In this document: positions 1 to 10,074 of the stretch, one piece after another
How the letters are laid out: each line of letters opens with the position of its first letter
Numbering within the stretch: the first letter of the stretch is position 1
Assembly (NCBI GenBank): GCA_041482275.1
Contig: JBGPDL010000002.1
Location: 16,545 to 80,544 of the forward strand
Source of the DNA: Gemmatimonadota bacterium
Lineage (GTDB): Bacteria > Gemmatimonadota > Gemmatimonadetes > Gemmatimonadales > GWC2-71-9
Direction: 5' to 3'
DNA length: 64,000 nucleotides
The notes under the pieces: model-generated
The model's input: the letters and a program-made list of their open reading frames with translations, nothing else
What the model was told of the DNA's origin: nothing
Database searches by the model: none
Program-made: the position numbers and the translations under genes

Positions 1-357
1 CGCCGCGGCTTCGGTATCCTCCTGGCGCACCACGGTGTCGGCACCCGCCGGGAGGGGGGCGCCGGTGAAGATGCGCGTGACCTGGCCCGGGCCGATCGGC
101 TTGGTGGGGAACTGCCCCGCGGCGACGGACTCGACCACCGTGAGCGTGACCTTGTGGTCCGGTCCGGCGCGCTCCATGTCGGCTGCCCGCGCCGCGTAGC
201 CGTCCATGGCCGAGTTGTCCCACCCCGGGAGGTCGATCGGGCTGGTCACGTCCTCCGCGAGCACCCGGTCGAGCGCGTCGCGTAGCGGCCGGCGAGCCGC
301 AGGGAGCGGCGCGATGTGCTCGAGGATCAGCCGCGCTGCGGCGGTAGGGGTCAGCAC
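1..357 (-). CDS. moeA: Molybdopterin molybdenumtransferase MoeA, N-terminal part (gene continues past the left edge)
   Basis: Not in ORF track (no stop inside window). My minus-strand translation from GTG at 357 reads VLTPTAAARLILEHIAPL...VTSPIDLPGWDNSAMDGYAARAAD...TRIFTGAPLPAGADTVV, the MoeA N-terminal signature. It starts 1 nt after the mobB stop. Confidence 0.75.
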   Translation of the reverse strand, partial: MLTPTAAARLILEHIAPLPAARRPLRDALDRVLAEDVTSPIDLPGWDNSAMDGYAARAADMERAGPDHKVTLTVVESVAAGQFPTKPIGPGQVTRIFTGAPLPAGADTVVRQEDTEAAA

Positions 358-358
358 G

Positions 359-892
359 TCAGGGCGGAAGGATCTTGGCCCGGTCCCACGCGAGGTTGGC
401 GAGGGTCACGAGCCAGGCCGTGTCGGAGAAGCGGAACACCGGAAAATCGGCGCGATACGCGGGGTTGTCCGTCACCATGGCCACCCAGTCACCGGGGTCG
501 TGCACGGCGGGGTCGAACAGCGGCTCGGGCCCCGCCGCGAGCCGGTACACTTCGATCTTGGGGAGCGGCGCCCGCTTGAATCCCTCCACCAGCACGATGT
601 CCGCCCCGCCTAGGTAGCGCCGCGCCAACGCGACCGGGTCGGACTCCTGCTCCGTCTTCTCCCACAACACCCGCTGACCGGGGCCCTCCATGAGCACGCG
701 CTCCGCGTGCCCCTCATGCCAATGGCGCCAGGAATCCTTGCCGCGCTGGTCGGTGTCGGCGGGATGGGTGCCGTGCTTGATCGTCATCACGCGGAACTTG
801 CGACGGGCGAGCTCCGCCGCGAGCGCGACCAGGAGCGTCGTCTTGCCCGCGTTCTTCCGACCGATGACGGACATCATCCGCGTCGCCGCCAC
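359..892 (-). CDS. mobB: Molybdopterin-guanine dinucleotide biosynthesis adapter protein MobB
   Basis: ORF 359..892. P-loop GRKNAGKTTLL, 177 aa, MobB-like throughout; sits between mobA and moeA. Confidence 0.85.
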   Translation of the reverse strand: MAATRMMSVIGRKNAGKTTLLVALAAELARRKFRVMTIKHGTHPADTDQRGKDSWRHWHEGHAERVLMEGPGQRVLWEKTEQESDPVALARRYLGGADIVLVEGFKRAPLPKIEVYRLAAGPEPLFDPAVHDPGDWVAMVTDNPAYRADFPVFRFSDTAWLVTLANLAWDRAKILPP

Positions 893-1497
893 ACCACCTC
901 CGCCCGTTGCAGGTCTTCAGGAGTGTTCACATTGAGGAACAGCTCTTCCGGGTCGCCGCACGCCCGGACGCGCTCGAGCGGTAGTGTACCGACCTGCACG
1001 TCGGCGTGAAAGCCGATGGCCCGGAGGTCGCCGCGGTCGAGCTGCCGCTCGATGGCGGGACCGCACGCGGGCCCGTACACGGCGCACAGCGGCTCCACGC
1101 CACGACGCCCGCGACCGGTAGGGAGTCCGTGAGGGTCGCTCTCGGGGAGGAACGCGTCCCAACCGGCCGATCCCTCCACCAGCGCGCGCAGCAGTTCGGC
1201 GGTGACGAACGGCATGTCCCAGGCGACGCACAGCACCGGTCCCACGCCGGACACGACGGCGGTGTAGATGCCGCCCAGGCTGCCGCAGTCGGGGCGCACG
1301 TCGGGGACGGTCTGGAGGTCGGGCCGCCAGGTGGGGCCCTCGGGAGCGTTGGCCACGAGCAGCGGGGCGGCGCCGGTCACGCCGGCGATCGCGTCCACCA
1401 CGCGGTCGAGAATGCGCTGCCCCCCGAGCTCGATCAGTCCTTTGGGCCGCCCGCCGTAGCGGCGCGCGGCGCCGCCCGCCAGCACGGCGCCGCGCAC
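874..1497 (-). CDS. mobA: Molybdenum cofactor guanylyltransferase MobA
   Basis: ORF 874..1551. AVLAGGAARRYGGRPKGL...LGG nucleotidyltransferase motif. I prefer the GTG at 1497 (VRGAVLAGG), 2 nt after the upstream stop; the alternative start is 1551. Confidence 0.85.
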   Translation of the reverse strand: MRGAVLAGGAARRYGGRPKGLIELGGQRILDRVVDAIAGVTGAAPLLVANAPEGPTWRPDLQTVPDVRPDCGSLGGIYTAVVSGVGPVLCVAWDMPFVTAELLRALVEGSAGWDAFLPESDPHGLPTGRGRRGVEPLCAVYGPACGPAIERQLDRGDLRAIGFHADVQVGTLPLERVRACGDPEELFLNVNTPEDLQRAEVVWRRRG

Positions 1498-1499
1498 GC

Positions 1500-1907
1500 T
1501 CAGACCCCGAGCGCCCGATGGTCGACCATCAGGCAGCGGTCCATCACGCACGGGATGCCGGCGGCGCGGGCGCGCTCCCCTGCGGCCGCGTTGACGACGC
1601 CCAGCTGCAGCCAGATCAGGCGGGGCTGCACCCGGATCGCTTCGTCGACGATCGGCCCGGCGAACTCGCTGCGGCGAAACACGTCCACCACGTCGATGGC
1701 CTGTTCGAGGGCGGCGGCCGCGAGGGTGGGGTAGCTGCGCTCGCCCAGAATGACGGCGTGGCGCGGATTCACGGGGACGATGCGGTAGCCCGCGCTCTGG
1801 AGGTAGTGTGCCACGCCGTGGCTGGGCCGTTCGGGCGTGGGCGACAGGCCGACCACCGCGATGGTGCGCGCCGCGCCGAGAATGTCGCGCAGCGCCTCCG
1901 CCGTCAC
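1500..1907 (-). CDS. CoA-binding domain protein (YccU-like)
   Basis: ORF 1500..1907. TIAVVGLSPTPERPSHGVAHYLQSAGYRIVPVNP is the CoA_binding_2 pattern. The GTG start overlaps the fdhD stop (GTGA). Confidence 0.8.
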   Translation of the reverse strand: MTAEALRDILGAARTIAVVGLSPTPERPSHGVAHYLQSAGYRIVPVNPRHAVILGERSYPTLAAAALEQAIDVVDVFRRSEFAGPIVDEAIRVQPRLIWLQLGVVNAAAGERARAAGIPCVMDRCLMVDHRALGV

Positions 1908-2755
1908 GCGTCCGGCCGGTGAACGTGTGGCGTCCCGCTCACCGCCCGCCCGACCAGCACGATCCCCGAGCGCCGCGCGATCGTCAGAGCGAGGGTCGAT
2001 GGCACGCTCGGCGTCGCCACGTAGGCGAGCCCCGCGCGCGCGGCCTTGTACGCGAGCTCGGCCGAAATGCGGCCGGTGACCAGCAGCCCGCGGCCGGCGA
2101 TCGGCGCGCGCGCCAACACCGCCGCGCCGATCACCTTGTCGACCGCGTTATGTCGCCCGATGTCTTCGGCGTGGAACAGCAGCCGCTCGTTGTCGGTGAG
2201 CGCGGCGGCGTGGATGCCCCCGGTGTCGTTGTAGCGCTCGCCGCGCCCGAACACTTCTTTGAAGAGCGCGCGCAGCCGCTCAGCTGCGGGCGGGTCCCCG
2301 CGCGCCGGCGCGTGCGCCACCGCGTGCGGATCGGCGAGGAAGGTCGACACCGCCCCACATCCCGAGGCGAGCACCCGCTTGCGGTCCTCGCCCTTCACCA
2401 CGGCGAGGCGCTCCGGCCGCACCTCGGCCCAGAACCCCAGGTCGGTGGCGCAGGGGCGCAGCTTCACCAGGTCGTCGAGCGTTTCGATGTACCCCTCGCC
2501 GTGCAGCCACCCGGTCGCCAGCTCTTCCAGCAGGTCGGGCGTGCACATCCACGTAACCGCCGGCTCGCCATTCACCTCCAGCCAGACGGGGACCTCTTCC
2601 ACCGCGGCGGATTCTGCGAGCATGCGCCCGCGGCGCGAGCCGGGCTGGTGCCCGGGGACCGTAGGGACTGACTCCGGGCGCAAGCCCGGGGTTGTCGAGT
2701 CGGGCTGCACCGAGGACCCCGGGCTGGCGCCCGGGGTTAGTGGGTCATGATTCAC
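1904..2755 (-). CDS. fdhD: Formate dehydrogenase accessory sulfurtransferase FdhD
   Basis: ORF 1904..2755. GGIHAAAL...EDIGRHNAVDKVIG motif and TPDLLEELATGWLHGEGYI are typical FdhD. Confidence 0.9.
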   Translation of the reverse strand: MNHDPLTPGASPGSSVQPDSTTPGLRPESVPTVPGHQPGSRRGRMLAESAAVEEVPVWLEVNGEPAVTWMCTPDLLEELATGWLHGEGYIETLDDLVKLRPCATDLGFWAEVRPERLAVVKGEDRKRVLASGCGAVSTFLADPHAVAHAPARGDPPAAERLRALFKEVFGRGERYNDTGGIHAAALTDNERLLFHAEDIGRHNAVDKVIGAAVLARAPIAGRGLLVTGRISAELAYKAARAGLAYVATPSVPSTLALTIARRSGIVLVGRAVSGTPHVHRPDA

Positions 2756-3164
2756 CGAAATACTCCGAATAGATATGCGGCCCCTCCTGCACCCGCACGG
2801 CGTGCAGCGTCACGCCCTGCGGCAGCCCCGAGGCGACCCGCTCCCACAGGTACGCGGCGATCGCCTCGCCGGTCGCGAGCCGCCGGCCGTCGCCGAACTC
2901 CGGCGCCGCCGCGTTGATGCTCTTGCCGTCGAACCGCCGCACCACCTCGGCTTCGAGCAGGGCGTCGAGGGCCTGCAGGCTCATTACGCCGCCGGCTTCC
3001 GCATGCAGTGGCCCTTTCACCGTGACCCGGCACTGGTAGCGGTGGCCGTGCTCTGCGGCCGCTTTGCCGAACTCGGCCCTGTTCTGCGCATCGCTCCAGT
3101 CCGCCCGCCGGATGCGGTGTGTCGCGTTAAACTCAACGATACGTGTAAGATAGCTGATTGGCAT
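2745..3164 (-). CDS. 6-pyruvoyl-tetrahydropterin synthase / QueD-fold protein (catalytically divergent)
   Basis: C-terminal 139 aa of ORF 2745..3464, from ATG at 3164 (MPISYLTRIVEFNATHRI...FGKAAAEHGHRYQCRVTV). PTPS fold with the His zinc ligands (THR, HGH) present, but Ala where PTPS has the catalytic Cys. Confidence 0.8.
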   Translation of the reverse strand: MPISYLTRIVEFNATHRIRRADWSDAQNRAEFGKAAAEHGHRYQCRVTVKGPLHAEAGGVMSLQALDALLEAEVVRRFDGKSINAAAPEFGDGRRLATGEAIAAYLWERVASGLPQGVTLHAVRVQEGPHIYSEYFGES

Positions 3165-3166
3165 GG

Positions 3167-4159
3167 CTACAACACGCGCACTGCGCTGGCCTTGAACGAG
3201 AACACCACCGGGCCGCCCGGTGTGAGCCCCAGGTCGCGCACCGCTGCTTCGGTGACCACCGCGACCAGCTCCACACCCACGTCGGCGGTGATGTGAACCA
3301 CGCCCGGACGCTGGTGCGTGAGGCGGATCACGCGTCCCGGAAACACGTTGCGTGCGGACGAGGCGAGCGGCTCGCGGCTCACGAAGATGTCCGTCGCCGG
3401 CACGGCGAGGATGGCGGGGCCGGTCTTGTCGCTCGTCACCGCGACTGCGATGCTGCCCACGCACACGTGTTTCAGATCGCCGCCTGCTGGCAGCTCCACC
3501 CGGAACAGGTTCTCGGGTGTGACCGGCGCGAGCCGGCCCTCGGCGAGGGCGCGCACGTCGTCAGTCCAGCGGTAGGCGTCTTCCAGCTGGTGCGAGGCGA
3601 GACAGATCGCGAGCGGGCGGCGGGCACGCTCTTCCGTGAGCGTCCGGTACAGCGCCTGCGCCGCCGCGCGGTCCGCCGAGCTCGTGGGCTCGTCGAGCAG
3701 GAGCACGTCGGGCTCGAGCGCGAGCGCGCGCGCGACCGCGGCGCGCTGCAGCTCTCCGTCCGAGAGCTCGTGCCGCCGACGCCCGAGCAGGGGCGTGATC
3801 CCGAGCCGTGCCGCAACGCTCTCTACTCTCCGCTTCGCCTCTGTGCGTCCCACTCCGCGCACCCGTAACCCGAATCCCAGATTGTCGAGCACCGTTCCGC
3901 GGAACAACACCGGGCGCTGCTCCACCATCGTCACCCGCCGCCGCAGCCTCGCCCGGTCTCCGGCTACGGCTGCGCCGTCGAGCCGTACCTCTCCTTCGCT
4001 CGGTCGCTCGAGCAACGCGAGCAGCCGCAGCAGCGTGCTCTTTCCCGATCCGTTCGGTCCTACGACGGCCACCGCCGCGCCGGGCGGGAGGGCGAACCGG
4101 TCGAGATCGAGCACAAGGCGGCCCGCGTAGCGATGGCGCACCCCGACGAGCTCAAGCAT
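3167..4159 (-). CDS. ABC transporter ATP-binding protein with C-terminal TOBE/Mop-like domain (tungstate/molybdate type, TupC/ModC-like)
   Basis: ORF 3167..4159. Walker A GPNGSGKST, signature LSDGELQR, Walker B LLLDEP, plus a roughly 100-aa C-terminal beta-rich domain like TOBE. Confidence 0.8.
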   Translation of the reverse strand: MLELVGVRHRYAGRLVLDLDRFALPPGAAVAVVGPNGSGKSTLLRLLALLERPSEGEVRLDGAAVAGDRARLRRRVTMVEQRPVLFRGTVLDNLGFGLRVRGVGRTEAKRRVESVAARLGITPLLGRRRHELSDGELQRAAVARALALEPDVLLLDEPTSSADRAAAQALYRTLTEERARRPLAICLASHQLEDAYRWTDDVRALAEGRLAPVTPENLFRVELPAGGDLKHVCVGSIAVAVTSDKTGPAILAVPATDIFVSREPLASSARNVFPGRVIRLTHQRPGVVHITADVGVELVAVVTEAAVRDLGLTPGGPVVFSFKASAVRVL

Positions 4160-4853
4160 GGCTCTCCCCCCGGCCCTGCAGCGTCTGCAATGCGATGTTC
4201 ACCAGCAGTGCGAGGAGCAGCAGGATGAGCCCGAGCGCGAGCGCGAGGCCGAAGTCGCCTTGACTCGTGTACAGGGCGACGGCGGTGGTGAGCGTGCGGG
4301 TCTGGCCGCGGATGTTGCCGCCCACGGTCATCGCAGACCCGATCTCGGCGACGATGTGCCCGAAAGCGGTCGTGACCACGGCGGCGAGCGCGAAGCGGGC
4401 CTCGCGCGCCACCGTCCACGCCGTCCGCCAGCGGCTCGCGCCGAGCGTCTCGGCGGTGCGGCGGATGCGGGGATCCACGCCCTGGACCGCGGCGGCGGCC
4501 AGCGCGGCGGCGATGGGCAGCGCGAGCAGCACGTCGCCTACGACGATGGCCTGCCAGGTGTACAGCCACTCCATCCCGCCGAGTGGCCCCCGGCGAGACA
4601 GCATGCCGTACAACAGGAGACCGATCACCACCGTGGGAAACGCGAGCGCCGTGTTCACCACGGTGAGAGCGGCGCGACGGCCCCAGAACGGCTTGGTCGC
4701 GAGGAGAAAACCGGCGGGGAGGCCCAGCGCGCAGGCGACGAGCGTGGCGAGAAAGCCGACCTTGAGCGTGAGGAGGGCGATGCCGTACACCTCGGCGTCA
4801 CCCGAGAAGAGCAGCGCGACGGCGCGGCGGAATCCCTCCGCTAGAAAGTCCAT
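4152..4853 (-). CDS. ABC transporter permease (TupB/COG4662-like, tungstate/molybdate type)
   Basis: ORF 4152..5027, start re-set to ATG 4853 (MDFLAEGFRRAV...). Five or six hydrophobic helices. Overlaps the ATPase start by 8 nt. Confidence 0.78.
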   Translation of the reverse strand: MDFLAEGFRRAVALLFSGDAEVYGIALLTLKVGFLATLVACALGLPAGFLLATKPFWGRRAALTVVNTALAFPTVVIGLLLYGMLSRRGPLGGMEWLYTWQAIVVGDVLLALPIAAALAAAAVQGVDPRIRRTAETLGASRWRTAWTVAREARFALAAVVTTAFGHIVAEIGSAMTVGGNIRGQTRTLTTAVALYTSQGDFGLALALGLILLLLALLVNIALQTLQGRGESHA

Positions 4854-5569
4854 CCCACGCCGATCGTGGCCCACGGGTGCGCCGTCCACTCGTCCAGCGC
4901 GGCGGTGACCGGGAGGACGCGGCCGCCGTCGATGGCATTCGGCACCTTGTAGGAGACGGGATACTTGAGCTTCCAGAGCAGCAGGCGAAAGTCGCCGCGC
5001 ACGGAGAGGCGCCGGGCGGGGTACCACCGCAGCCCGGCGTTGGGAGCCAGGGTGATCTTGGTGCCGAACTGGTAGCCGCTGGTGTCGCGCGCCACGGTGC
5101 TGCCGACGGCCACGCCGAGCGCTCCGCCCACATACGGGGCGAACCCGTGCCAGGTCTTCCGGCCGGTGAGCACCAGCTGGAGCCCGGCGTCGGCGAGCAC
5201 CACGGTGTTGTCGAACGGGCCGCTCTTGCGCGACAGAGAATCCTTGGTGGGGTCCGCCACGAAGCTCGTCGTCCGCCCGTAGGCGAGGCCGAGTGACGCG
5301 CCGATGGCGCCGAGCTGCGGCTCGTAGCGGATCCCCCCCGTCACGCCATTGGAAAGGCCGACGCCCACGCTCCCCCGGCCGCCGCCCAGATACCCGAACG
5401 TCACGACCGCCACGCCGCCGCGCCGGACGTCGCCGTACGGGGAATGGGCGGGGTCGTGGCCGACCTGGGCGGATAGCCGGTGAAACGGGTGGGCGGTCAG
5501 CAGCACCGCCGCTGCGACCATCGCCGCCGCTCTAATCGCCCACCCGTCTAACCGGCTCGCCTTTCGCAT
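4841..5569 (-). CDS. Small outer-membrane beta-barrel protein, function unknown
   Basis: C-terminal 242 aa of ORF 4841..6655, from ATG 5569 (MRKASRLDGWAIRAAAMVAAAVLL = signal peptide). Alternating beta-strand pattern, Gly/aromatic rich, terminal ...GVGWTF. The start shares 1 nt with the gpmI stop. Confidence 0.6.
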   Translation of the reverse strand: MRKASRLDGWAIRAAAMVAAAVLLTAHPFHRLSAQVGHDPAHSPYGDVRRGGVAVVTFGYLGGGRGSVGVGLSNGVTGGIRYEPQLGAIGASLGLAYGRTTSFVADPTKDSLSRKSGPFDNTVVLADAGLQLVLTGRKTWHGFAPYVGGALGVAVGSTVARDTSGYQFGTKITLAPNAGLRWYPARRLSVRGDFRLLLWKLKYPVSYKVPNAIDGGRVLPVTAALDEWTAHPWATIGVGWTF

Positions 5570-7110
5570 CAGTCCGTCTCCCTGAGATCGCGCCCCGTCA
5601 TCTCGGGCGGCGGTTCGATATCGAGCATGCGGAGCAGTGTCGGGCCCACGTCGCGGAGCGAGCCCCCATGGCGCAGCGGACCGCGGGTCTCGTCGCCCAC
5701 GATACAGAACGGCACCGGATTGGTCGTGTGCGCCGTGTGCGGGCCGTCGGTCGTGGGATCGATCATGAGCTCGCAGTTGCCGTGGTCCGCCGTGACGAGC
5801 AGGGTGGCCCCGCGTCGCTCGGCGCTCTTCACGACGCGTTCCAGACACCGGTCTACCGTTTCCACCGCCTTCACGGCGGCGCTTAGTACCCCGGAGTGGC
5901 CGACCATGTCCCCGTTCGCGTAGTTGCACAGGATGAAGTCGTGGTGTCCAGCCTCGATCGCTTTGCACAGTACATCCGTAACGCCCGGTGCGCTCATCTC
6001 GGGCATGAGATCGTAGGTCGCGACCTTCTGCGACGGCACGAGCAGCCGCTCCTCGCCCGCGTAGGGCGCTTCCAGGCCGCCGTTGAAGAAATAGGTGACG
6101 TGGGCGTACTTCTCCGTTTCGGCGGTGCGGAACATGGTCTTCCCCCGCTCGGACAGCACCTCGGCGACGATACGCCGCAGCGTGATCGGCTCGAAGGCCA
6201 CCGGGAAGGCGAACGTCTCGTCGTACTGCGTCATGGTAACGACGTCGACCGCGGGGCGGGCGCCCGCGTCGAAGCCGTCGAACCCTTCCGCTGCAAGCGC
6301 CCGCACGATCTGGCGCATGCGGTCGGCCCGGAAGTTGAAGCAGAACACCCCGTCGCCCGCGCGGATGCGGGGCGTGCCGGCGATCACCCGCGGGCGCACG
6401 AACTCGTCGGTCTCGCCGGCCTCGTACGCGCGGCGGATCGCGCTGAGCGGGTCGGGCGCGGGCTCGCCCACGCCGTGCACCATCGCGTCGTACGCGATCC
6501 TCGTGCGCTCCCAGCGCTTGTCGCGGTCCATCGGGTAGTAGCGGCCCACGACCGTCGCCACCACCGCCCGCCCGCCGTACTGGTCGAGCAAGTCCACGAG
6601 CTCCTGCATGAAGGCGAGCCCCGATTGCGGCGGCGTGTCGCGCCCGTCCAGCCACGCGTGGATGGCCACCGGCAGATCGTGCAGGTGGGCGAGCATGACG
6701 GCTGCGACGAGGTGCTGGTCGAGGGCGTGCACGCCGCCGCTGCCGATCAGCCCGAGCAAGTGAAGCGTCCCGCCGCGCCGCTTTACGGCCTCACACAGCT
6801 CGACGAGCGGCGGCAGCCGGAAAAACTCGCCCGACTCGATGGCCTGGGAGATGCGCACGATGTCCTGCGACACGACGCGCCCGGCGCCGAGGTTCAGATG
6901 CCCCACCTCGCTGTTGCCGATCTGTCCCTCGGGCAGTCCCACAGCGAGTCCCGACGCGTTGAGGAGAGTGCGCGGAGCCCGGCTCCAGAGGCGATGCCAG
7001 GTGGGCGTCTCTCCCAGCTCGATGGCGTTGCCCTCCCGGCCGGGACGGAAGCCCCAGCCGTCGAGCACGATCAGGACGACCGGGGTGCGCGGCCCATTCC
7101 TCTTTGCCAT
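5569..7110 (-). CDS. gpmI: 2,3-bisphosphoglycerate-independent phosphoglycerate mutase
   Basis: ORF 5569..7188, start re-set to ATG 7110 (MAKRNGPRTPVVLIVLDGWG). GNSEVGHLNLGAGR and ADHGN motifs. Confidence 0.92.
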   Translation of the reverse strand: MAKRNGPRTPVVLIVLDGWGFRPGREGNAIELGETPTWHRLWSRAPRTLLNASGLAVGLPEGQIGNSEVGHLNLGAGRVVSQDIVRISQAIESGEFFRLPPLVELCEAVKRRGGTLHLLGLIGSGGVHALDQHLVAAVMLAHLHDLPVAIHAWLDGRDTPPQSGLAFMQELVDLLDQYGGRAVVATVVGRYYPMDRDKRWERTRIAYDAMVHGVGEPAPDPLSAIRRAYEAGETDEFVRPRVIAGTPRIRAGDGVFCFNFRADRMRQIVRALAAEGFDGFDAGARPAVDVVTMTQYDETFAFPVAFEPITLRRIVAEVLSERGKTMFRTAETEKYAHVTYFFNGGLEAPYAGEERLLVPSQKVATYDLMPEMSAPGVTDVLCKAIEAGHHDFILCNYANGDMVGHSGVLSAAVKAVETVDRCLERVVKSAERRGATLLVTADHGNCELMIDPTTDGPHTAHTTNPVPFCIVGDETRGPLRHGGSLRDVGPTLLRMLDIEPPPEMTGRDLRETD

Positions 7111-7120
7111 ATTGGAGGGA

Positions 7121-8187
7121 ATGCAATCTAGCCGGGCCTTCAGCGCCCTTCCAGTTGTCCTATCGCTCGCGCTTCCCTTGCCGCTCATGGCCCAAGCGCG
7201 CTATCGAGTCACCACCGACGGCGCCTGGTTCTACCAGGAAGCGGGCGGCAAGCGCCTGGCGCGGCTGGCGCGCGGGGCCGTTGTCGTGGGCGGCGATGCG
7301 CAGGGCGACTGGCAGGGGGCCACCGTGGAGGGCTGGATCTTCGCGACGTCGGTGGCCCCGACCTCCCGCTCGGGCTACGATCTGGCCGTGACGCGCGCGC
7401 CCGAGGAGAACTTGCGCTCCGCCCCGGCCGGCGCCCTCATCGGCAAGCTGCCCCAGGGATTCCTCCTGAACCGCGTCGCCGAGGGTAGCTCGGACCGGTG
7501 GGTGCACGTGACCCGCGCCGGCTGGGTCGAGAAGACGGACCTCGAATCGGTGACCCAGGTCGCGAGTTCGCGTAGCGTCGCTCCTGCCGATTCGGACACC
7601 GGGGCGGCGCACTCCACGCCGATCCGGCGCCCCGTGGCCTCGGGCGACAGCATGCCGCTTCCCCCCGGGTCGGCTCCCGTCGACCCGGCGCGCGTCGAGT
7701 CCGCAAGGCGCACGGTGCTGTATCGCGCACCCGAGGGGCAGCCCGTGGGGACGCTGGCGCCGTCGGCCCCGCTCCGGGTGCTGGGGCGATCGGGGGAATG
7801 GACCCGCGTCGAGATCGAGGGATGGGTGAAGAGCGCCGACCTGGAGATCGCGCCGCCCGGCGTGCTCGTGGGGATCACGGCCGCCGAGCTGCGAACCGAC
7901 CCGCAGCGCTACACGGGCCAGGTGCTCCGCTGGACGCTGCAGTTCATCTCGGCGCAGAAGGCCGACGAGCTGCGGCCCGAGATGCCGAACGGTGCCACGT
8001 ATTTTCTGGCCCGCGGCCCGCTGCCCGAGCGGGGGTTCGTGTACGTCGTGGTTCCGGAGGCGAAGCGCGCTCAGCTCGAGGCGCTGGCACCGCTCGCCAC
8101 CATCCAGGTCACCGCGCGCGTCCGCGCCGGCCGCACCCGGTTCCTCGGCAACCCGGTGCTGGATCTGATCAGCCTCGAGACCCTGCC

Positions 8188-8191
<4 letters not shown>
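7121..8191 (+). CDS. Secreted protein with three SH3b-like repeats
   Basis: ORF 6839..8191, start re-set to ATG 7121 behind GGAGGG. Signal peptide MQSSRAFSALPVVLSLALPLPLMAQA. Three repeats of the type ...G.L..G..L.V......W..V...GW....DL. Confidence 0.6.
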
Positions 8192-9989
<1,798 letters not shown>

Positions 9990-10074
9990 CGCTTGACAGG
10001 CCCGCACCCCGGGCCTACTCTAGCCGCCGTCCCGCCGTCCACCCGACCGTTTCTCGAACCTCGCTGAGGAACGC

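Noticed and set aside
4841-6655. 604-aa ORF, and similar long composites (31853..34075, 54392..56194, 58323..59486, 37442..39769)
   Set aside because: Only the C-terminal parts are real genes: the OM barrel, purD, engB, DUF421 and glmS. The N-terminal extensions run in an alternate frame through the upstream gene and are Arg/Pro/Gly-rich. I trimmed the starts to codons that abut or overlap the upstream stop.
9990-10074. 85-nt spacer before the first permease (hairpin GGCCCG cacc CCGGGCC), considered as an amino-acid riboswitch
   Set aside because: It is too short for lysine, glycine or other known amino-acid riboswitch folds. The hairpin directly after guaB is more simply a weak terminator or stabiliser.
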